DNA of 61,204 nucleotides from Nemertoderma westbladi. Its lineage: Eukaryota > Animalia > Xenacoelomorpha. The translations under genes were made by a program, and so were the position numbers. The notes beneath the pieces were generated by a model. The model was not told the DNA's origin, made no database searches, and worked only from the letters and a program-made list of their open reading frames with translations. The stretch covers positions 1 through 61,204 of the forward strand of contig JAUCBJ010009128.1 of assembly GCA_032718475.1 (NCBI GenBank), given 5' to 3'. Shown one piece after another: positions 53,025 to 61,204 of this stretch (position 1 is its first letter; each line of letters opens with the position of its first letter).

Positions 53025-55334
53025 GATTCTAAAATCCGGAGTCTGACAGGTTTACTTTTATGTAAAGTATTGTTCTGTGATGACAAATAATAATAATGCT
53101 TGAATTTAAATAAGCCACACCTATATATTTGTATTGTTTTTAATAAATTTTCAAGCAATATCGTGCCAAATAAAGATTTTCATTAGTGATCTATTGATAT
53201 ATAAAGTGTAGTGATGGGGACGTTTGTTTTGCGGCATAGGTCATACCAACACAATTACTAATTATTAGTATAGAGTTATTTCGTAAAGTAATTAGTGTGC
53301 CATTGCAATTAAATATTATAGTGGGAACTACATACTTGCATTATAAGGATTCTGGCAAATTCACAATAAATTTGTGAGCCATTGTGATTCAATACAATTA
53401 TATACAGTAATCTATAGGTTACAGTATATATATATATACTCATATAGGTTAAGAATTCCATTGCAAACTACTTATAACCTGACCTTTAACAAACTTGGCG
53501 AGTATAGTGTAAGTCAGTAAAGGTGCCATTTGGCACTGGAAAATGGAAAATACAAAATGTTACATGGCAACCATATTGCATCCCTTACACTAAACCAGTA
53601 CAGTTGTAGTACATTTTGTGTCTGAAACAATACCTAAAGGCACAGCTTCTTCAACCCCGGGCAATGAGACGTCATCTACTACTAGGGTGTATATTACATG
53701 TAGGTTATAAAAATGTTAAAAGCAACACATTTATATTTGCACCTAGTAGGATCAACATTAGTACTTAAATTAAAGATTAAATTCGTTACGAAATTCGCAC
53801 ATATATCAACCACATATTGCAACCCGATAATACAGTATTAGGACAATAACAACACATCGTCCGCAAATGCGAGACAACCAATAGAGCGCGCAAGTATAAC
53901 TTATTGTATTAAACCAGATATTGAACACATGATATTGACAAATATTATTTTGCGATGGGAAAGTCCAATGGCAATGCATATACAATGCTTCAAATGTTAA
54001 TTCAGAATATCATTTGATTTTTCCTATAAAAAATCGCATTCTATAAAAAAAGGTATCGAAAGAACTCACTTAACCGTTTCTGGCCTCAGGCAGAATAGTG
54101 GCAAAATGTGCTGCTTTAATATTATTTTGTATCGAGTAACTTTATTATTTTCGTTCAAAGTTTATGAACGAAATATTTGCCTTTAGGGTGAGTGAATCTG
54201 TTGCCAGATAATTATTGAGGTTGAGATTCGGCTATATCTACTCTGAGTACCCCGAAGGAACGCGGTGCGGTCTGTAATGTGGACGCGCGCCCCAGTGAGC
54301 GTAATCTCTCGGCGTACTGGTTCCCTGCCTAATTCTTACATATATCTAATGTTGGACGTATTGACCGGTTGTTGGTTGCGGACAATAACCGTGGCAAGCT
54401 GACGCAGACCTGTACTGCAGTAGTAGCGCGGTCACAGCTGCCGTACCTGGGACAATGGGGTGCGCCGTGCAGCCCTGGCACGTTGCCTAGTGCGTGGCGT
54501 AGGGAACAGGCCAGGTTTAAGGGGACTCTAATAATACTACATTTACTTATACCTTATAAAGAACATCGATTACTGCATGATAGATCAATGAATTCTTATT
54601 ACGAGCAGAATCGAACACGAGTTCATGAATTATAAGCTGTTATATTAGGAATAATTATTAATCTCGAGAATAACAGCTCTAATAAAGTTGTCAAGTAATC
54701 AATCCTGGCGGCGTAAAGTTTACGCCGTAAACTAATGCCAACCAAACAACGTATACCAAAAGGTACTAATTAATGGCGGTGTGTACAGTATAACGAGTAC
54801 AGACGACCTTTAAATTACATCAAATGTGCAGTAATCTAGGACATTAGCACCAAATTGTTCTACCACGAATTTGGATGAAGAAAACATTCCGGAATCTGTT
54901 ATTTATATATTAAATAACGTATTAATGTTCTACAACAATCTCTTATGTTTTAGGATAAACTTTTTTGTTCTAGAACATATTTATTTGTATAAATGAAACT
55001 TCAAGGACAAATATTTCCACTCTAGACAATATTAACGAAAAATTATTGATTTTTTAGTTGTAACCTTTAACAATCTACCGGTAACGATACTTCAAACAAA
55101 GTTACGCGTGTTATATAAATATATTTTTATTAACACCCATTTTTCGTTTTTGTATTCTCACTATCACTATTACGTACACTAAATCAAGGATGACACATAC
55201 ACAGGAATGCTACATCGGGCTCAATGTGTCTCACCTTCTCTTTCATGATATTTATTACTGTACTGTATATATTTATATATATATAAGTTTGTGAATATAG
55301 GAGACTATCTAGCTATCTAAACACATCCAAAACA

Positions 55335-55510
55335 GAGTTAAAACAACGTATTGAGTTAAAACAACGTATTGAGTTAAAACAACGTATTGAGTTAAAACAA
55401 CGTATTGAGTTAAAACAACGTATTGAGTTAAAACAACGTATTGAGTTAAAACAACGTATTGAGTTAAAACAACGTATTGAGTTAAAACAACGTATTGAGT
55501 TAAAACAACG
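55335..55510. repeat. 18-bp tandem repeat GAGTTAAAACAACGTATT, ~10 copies
   Basis: Perfect tandem units. Confidence 0.97.
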
Positions 55511-55627
55511 GATATAGTTAAATGAATTGTATGTAGTTGAGCTGTTAATGCAACTTTAATGAATGATATTGTAATTAGTTGTTTAGAAGTGGAAAAAATG
55601 AGAAAGCGCGTCACCGGGGGTTGAACC

Positions 55628-55674
55628 AGTGCTATACGTACGTTTCGTCCTATCAGGCCTCTTCAGTAGCGCTA
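55628..55674 (-). ncRNA. Minimal type I hammerhead ribozyme, copy A
   Basis: Minus strand reads TAGCGCTA-CTGAAGA-GGCCT GAT AGGAC-GAAA-CGTACG-TA^TAGCACT. Intact CUGANGA and GAAA core, palindromic stem III, GUA cleavage triplet, one mismatch in stem II. Confidence 0.85.
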
Positions 55675-55873
55675 ATAGGTTCAGCCACTACCCCCTGACA
55701 TTCACCTTTCTATTTATTCCACTTCTACTGAACAGGCTGTCTTTAGTTGCATATCCTTTCTCTAACAGCGGACCTACCGGCCTTAAGTATGTTAGAGTGA
55801 AATAGGAGGGAAGTACAAATAAATATTAATAATTCAGAAATGAATTTATTCAGGGGAGAGTGGCTGAACCTAT

Positions 55874-55921
55874 TAGCGCTACTGAAGAGGCCTGATAGGC
55901 CGAAGCGTACGTATAGCACTA
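55874..55921 (+). ncRNA. Minimal type I hammerhead ribozyme, copy B
   Basis: TAGCGCTA-CTGAAGA-GGCCT GAT AGGCC-GAAG-CGTACG-TA^TAGCACTA. Perfect stem II, but the core GAAA is changed to GAAG. Confidence 0.78.
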
Positions 55922-56781
55922 GTTCAACCCCCGGTGACGCGCTTTCTCATTTTTTCCATTTCTGAACAACTTATTACAATACCATTCATTAAATAGTTAG
56001 TTGGTATTATTTAGAAGTGTTGGGATGAGTTTCGAAATGGCAACTGGCAACACTGCGATTGTAGTTGTACGCTATTCAGTAACAGTGGTAAGGCCATTCA
56101 ACATTCCTTTGGCTTACAGACTCAAACCCCTAATTAGTAAGTAATTGGCGGATCAGTGTTATTTGTGACCAATGGGCACCTGTCGCCCAATCAATACCTT
56201 GGGATGCAGTTGGTGGGGGGATGCCCAATCAATGGCCTCATTACCGAATCAGGAAACGTCATTTTCCGATACTGGCCAACCTAAAAGTATAGTTACAAAA
56301 CTGTATATTAATTGGGCTACTACTGTACTGTAAGGTTCTCGATAGGTTTTCGTCATTAACGTTTGAGTTTTGTGTAAGAGGGTCCGAGAGGCGTCAATAG
56401 AAACCACGCCGGTACATTCGTCCCAAAGAAACATAAATCAATGCGGAGTGGGTTGACTCTAAATTTATTCAAAAGATACTTGATAGCACCTGGTCCTGTT
56501 ATCGACTATTTGCGTGAAGTCGTCCAGATTTCCTCTATGTGATGCAGCTATGCGATTGGTCTGGTACTCGCCCCCTTACAAAGCCGTTGACTTTGACTTT
56601 TTGCTGGACCTGGACATGTCATTCATTGATTGGCACTGCGGGCCTGCACAATTGGATATGTAATAACTACATGTACTGAGAATAAAAATGCATTCTGCTT
56701 TATTTATGTATTCTGCTACATTATTTAAAAATAGGTTTGGTTGTAAAGGACAATATACAATGACGTGTAAGCTGAACGGTT

Positions 56782-56846
56782 TACTATGGTGGTGCTAAAG
56801 GGACAATTTATATTTTTTGTATTGTCCCTTCAGCACCACCATAGTA
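56782..56846. repeat. 65-nt hairpin / mini-MITE
   Basis: TACTATGGTGGTGCTAAAGGGACAAT pairs with ATTGTCCCTTCAGCACCACCATAGTA (26-bp arms, one mismatch). TA at both ends. Confidence 0.8.
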
Positions 56847-58001
56847 TACTGCTGCCCATCTTATCATTGTAGATATAACGATATAGGATACGGATTACTC
56901 GACGGCATTATTGTAGATAGTTTAGCTCCTGGTGGGAATAATTGTCAGTTTAACAAACAATTATGATCGCGATACTACGGCGTTAGAAACGACTTAGAAT
57001 AGGTTGACAAAGCGTAGCGGCTGCCCACACGGTGGTTACTACCTAGTGATTCACCGCAGCTGAATGGTAGACCTTAACTGGAACCTGCCTCGCGCAAAGA
57101 AACGCATGTCGATAATAATAATTACCATATAATAACACATGATTGCATCGCAGTTTAAAGGAAGAAAATTGTTGTTCAAATTACCGCGAGAAACCGAACA
57201 AAACGGGAGCCGTTTACAGATGCTTGCACCTGGAGGGATATCAACGATACGACTTATAGTGGACGCCAATTCGACGGCCATTGTAAGCAATTTATTACGT
57301 CAATCACTGATCGATGCTTCATTAATTTATTCTAAGCAAAAGCGCACATTATATTGATAGAAATAAATTTAATATGAATATTGCTTGCCCAGCATTTCTT
57401 TCTCATTGGTCTCCATTAGTGGCTTACTTGTTTCTGTACTGCAGTGTTTTAGTATTTTTTTTACCTGTATATTCTGGGCTAGCAGTGCTTCCCAACACGC
57501 TTCCTTACAATCCATCCTTCTTGTAAATAGCAGCGGGCTGGAATGGAATTGTGTCTGTGGTCGGTCCGATAATGGACTGGTCAGGTAATTGTAATTTCCT
57601 TATACAATGTCATATTTAGTTATTGGGATGTCCAAATGTTTGTTTTCCCAGTAGAAAGCCATTTTGGAAGTATGATTCATAATAAAAATAAACATGTTAA
57701 AAACATAAACAAAAATAAACATAATCATGATCACGTTCTGCTAATTTATATTTTGATACTGAATGTTGAGGTGACTCCCATTTGGGGACGCCTGAATACT
57801 GTATTTGTATTCTGATCTGAACTGGTGTGAAAGTTCTTAACAGCACCTATTTTATGTCATGTAAACAAACAAATCCTCTTGAAGAAGACGTATCCAATCC
57901 TACATAATAAATTAATACTAGTTCGTATATTGAAGTTGCACTCATAACCCGAAGTAGGAGCATAGGAGCCGCCAAACTATTAAACAGTTTTTAATCCCCA
58001 G

Positions 58002-58760
58002 CCGTCATGCAGCTCAAATGCAGTGCCTTCGATTTTGCCCTTGATCCTTGATGCAATGCAGACAACCAGACATGCATCACCAACAAAGAGAACCTAAACC
58101 AACCTGTACGAAGTTTATAGAGAACGAATCAATCACTTAAATTTATGTTTCGAGGTCATCTTAAGGGACTCTATTGTACCTCAGCCAGGGACCGAATTCT
58201 CAATGCCTGAACAGATCAGGTTGTATTAAGATTCGCCAACATACCTACCAAACCCAACAAAAACGGCTTAATAATAAGTACCGGTAGGGTTGTACCGACC
58301 GCTGCAGTAGGTAAGAAGTTACTATAGCACTATAGGTAAGGCAATCACGGAGCACAGGGGCGGCTGCGCGGCACCTCCACAAACACACAGTATACTCTAC
58401 AGCTAACGGATCCATCGTTTACATAGTATAAGCTCGTATTGAAATGCGTATTTTCATAATCAACTATTATCATATGGCTTTTTAGGAGGAGTTTGCGCAG
58501 CACAATACAGGAATTTTAGGGTGAGATAATCTTGTGAAAAGTAATAAGATATATGGTTTTCCCGACATTGTGATAAACATGATTCGTGAATGAATTAGTT
58601 ATCAACCACGAACCACTAATAAATAAATCCTTCGCCATGAGATACTTGGATAAACACCAACATCAACCAAAGATCCCAATTCAATTAATTCCAAGAACTA
58701 TGTACTGTATTGTTATTTCCTAGAATTACTCATATGAAGTTGCTCGATGCTGCAGGCATA
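58002..58760 (+). pseudogene. Possible decayed Ly6-like exons (58002-58219 and from 58724)
   Basis: An AG/GT-bounded segment in phases 1/0 reads VMQLKCSAFDFALDP*CNADNQTC...MFRGHLKGLYC...DQ. The next acceptor gives NYSYEVARCC. Three stops, and no CN motif. Confidence 0.28.
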
Positions 58761-61204
58761 TAGCAGAGATATTAATGTTTTCCTTATCCTATAGGCTGAA
58801 TCCCACAGAGCACAGAGCGTAAATATACAGTACAAGTTGACGGCAAGGTGAATGTTACATTATATACAAGTATTGTATAAGTTCATTCACAGTATGTTAA
58901 CTCTAAGTGAGTTCTTAAAAAGGTCACATTTATTACGGGGAAAAACCCAATATATGAAAATATACTGAAAAGCTTCCCATCGCTTTACCACGTGGGAACC
59001 TCGCTTCTCGGGCGCGTGGCCCCCCATTACGCCGTCGGCGCAGATGAGTCCATCGCTATTGGTTGAACACAAACGTAAAGCCCATCTGCTGGCTGTTTGC
59101 CACTCTCGGAGCGTTGGAACCTTATTGACTGACTGGCTTACTGACTTTATAATCTGGCCCTGAATACCCCGCGTACCGTGTACTTGAATAGGCCTATGTA
59201 AAGACCTAGACTTTGTTGACTAAGTAAATTCTGTGTTTGTGGCTACCAGGTTCCACCCACGTGGTGTTTATGCACAAATTAAGTTTATATCACGGCCTTC
59301 TCAACTTGTCCATGGTTTTTATGGATTATGGACCTGAGCTACTGTTGTACTGTACTGTAAGACCCAATTATAAGGGTATCTACTGTGTGGTCTACTAGCT
59401 ATTTAGTGTTGAACTAAACGTATGTAGCATGGGTTGGGATAGGAAGCAGTAGTACAATTACACCCCTGCACCTCCACCCCAAACTTTGCGCCCCCCCCCC
59501 CCCCTCCCCCCCCCCCCCCCCCCCCCCTCGGAAGATATTATTACCCTTTTTACTTATATTTTTTATGAGTAATTGAGTGGTGCAATTATCCTGGGATTAT
59601 CCTCGGGTTACAATTTGTCCGGGGTCCGGGGGAGGGGGGTATTGTCCTAGTTTCGCGATGTGTCCACATCAATTTACCACAAGAGGGCTATCATCATTGA
59701 AATATACCGTCTTTTCATGGCTAGGAAGGCTAACCCAAACACATCCGAAAAAACACTATTATATTATTTCCACAAGATATTACTTACTCCCATCCAAATT
59801 CAATCGTCATATTATTATTATGGTTATATCATCAGTATCCAATACGGAAATAGTTGGCCATGGCAAAATGAACACGTGATTTATTATTTGTTTCAATTTA
59901 AGGGTTCGTTTTGGGGTTATGATTTAGTGATTAATATTTCAATGTCAACTTAATATTTCGCAGGTTAATATTAATAATTATGAAAAATTAAAATACGACA
60001 CACAAATGCACTACCACATAAACATATTCACTTTGTTTCCTGTTATATAAAGGTCGCACCAACTACCTTATGATTACTGTTCGCGTCCATTGCAATGCGA
60101 ATGAGTAGGTGGCGAAATAATATCGCCAAATATTTGTATTATAAATTCAGCAAAATGTAATTATTTCATCGCTTTCCGACAAAAGTTCACAGAAATGAGG
60201 TCCTGTGCGGGGTGCGGCGTGTTGTATGGGTACGTAGGTAGCTGAGTAATGGGAATTGATTAATTCTCTGAGTGGGAATGAGAAATTGCATGGATTCCAT
60301 ACCGTTGACCTGTGATTACTCTCCTTTGACAAACAGTTGCTTTGCTGGCGACTTCTCTGGACGCAGTGCGGGACGTCCTCTCTTCCACTCTACGTAGCCG
60401 CATCCACTGCACCTGACTACTGACTGCATAGTAACTGAAGGCCGATCTATTATGAGAAATAAATTGCTAAACGCTCCGAAAGGTTCTCCGCTAGGCAGAC
60501 CTGTTGATAGCTGCGCACTCCGCAATCAATAACCCATTTCAGCTCAATTTGTATCTTACGTTGTCTTTCGTGCACGGATAGGTAAATTACCTCGGCAGTG
60601 ACGTTGATTGTACCCCGAGCAGCCATTATCCCAGCGATATTGTATTTATGACACACCCATTATTGTCGCCGACTCCAATTATACTGCTAAATTTAAAGTA
60701 TAATAATAATAACGGATATTTATTTATACGCCTGTCCATGAGAAAGTCAATGGCGTAAAATGACGGCAAACACCAATAATGTGTGTTTAGTGGCGTTGAA
60801 AAATTAATTAAATTTAATTTAAAGCATTCAGGGGGAGGTAGCATTCATTTTACATTGGCAGTGTTTTCTATCCAAAACAATAAACGAGACTATATTTCCC
60901 TTGCGGTCAATTTGCTCCACTATCTGGTCCAGAAATGTAGTACCCTAATTCAGTGACACAGAACAGACCACCACCCGCCTAATTACTCTACAAATTGTAA
61001 TGAGTTCGCATGAAATGTGAAACTGATATAGTTTCGTCTGCTTCTTCCTTCCATGGGTGAGCCGTAATTTTTATTTTTGCTTTTATTCTTTAGCTTCACG
61101 CTTATAATAATGCGTCCCCGTCACTTTATACTGGCCGTACAGCTATTATTCTTCAACCTTCTATTGCAGTGGTTTATTGGTATAGATCCAAATCTGTAAG
61201 AAAA

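Larger units (their letters stand above)
55555..55993. mobile_element. Penelope-like element relic: inverted pLTR pair (~145-bp arms, ~150-bp spacer)
   Basis: 55555-55698 is the reverse complement of 55850-55993, and each arm carries a minimal hammerhead motif. Inverted terminal repeats with minimal hammerheads are characteristic of Penelope-like elements. Confidence 0.75.

Noticed and set aside
55309-55614. ORF with (VVLTQY)n
   Set aside because: Translation of the 18-bp tandem repeat.
57380-57665. Coding-like minus-strand stretch (MAFYWENKHLD...)
   Set aside because: Interrupted by a stop, no recognisable motif and no consistent splice partners.
59490-59527. Poly-C/G tracts here and at 759-783 and 3346-3365 as functional G-quadruplexes
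   Set aside because: Simple homopolymers of uncertain assembled length with no supporting context.

Overview
AT-rich, intron-containing animal (probably invertebrate) nuclear DNA with no bacterial features. It holds two spliced host genes. The first is the 3' seven coding exons of a ZNF608/ZNF609 (brakeless/scribbler)-like gene (+, 2741-11810). The second is a complete three-exon, 252-aa secreted, probably GPI-anchored Ly6/uPAR-like gene (-, 53024-45012) with a 7x SNSTGV N-glycosylation repeat. Three large tandem arrays lie between and inside them: a ~16-kb 37-bp satellite with an assembly gap and a 2836-bp higher-order duplication, a ~5-kb 39-bp intronic minisatellite, and an 82-bp minisatellite. 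Transposon content: three RTE-like LINE 3' ends with (TAG)n tails and target-site duplications (TSDs), a CRE/SLACS-like remnant inserted into the last satellite unit, a 6.6-kb composite with 1.2-kb inverted TG..CA arms enclosing BEL/Pao and zinc-knuckle fragments, a dead hAT(m)-like transposase, an RTE-X-like RT fragment and several MITEs. A Penelope-type inverted repeat carries two minimal type I hammerhead ribozymes with complementary defects. All calls come from reading the sequence by eye; no database searches were run.
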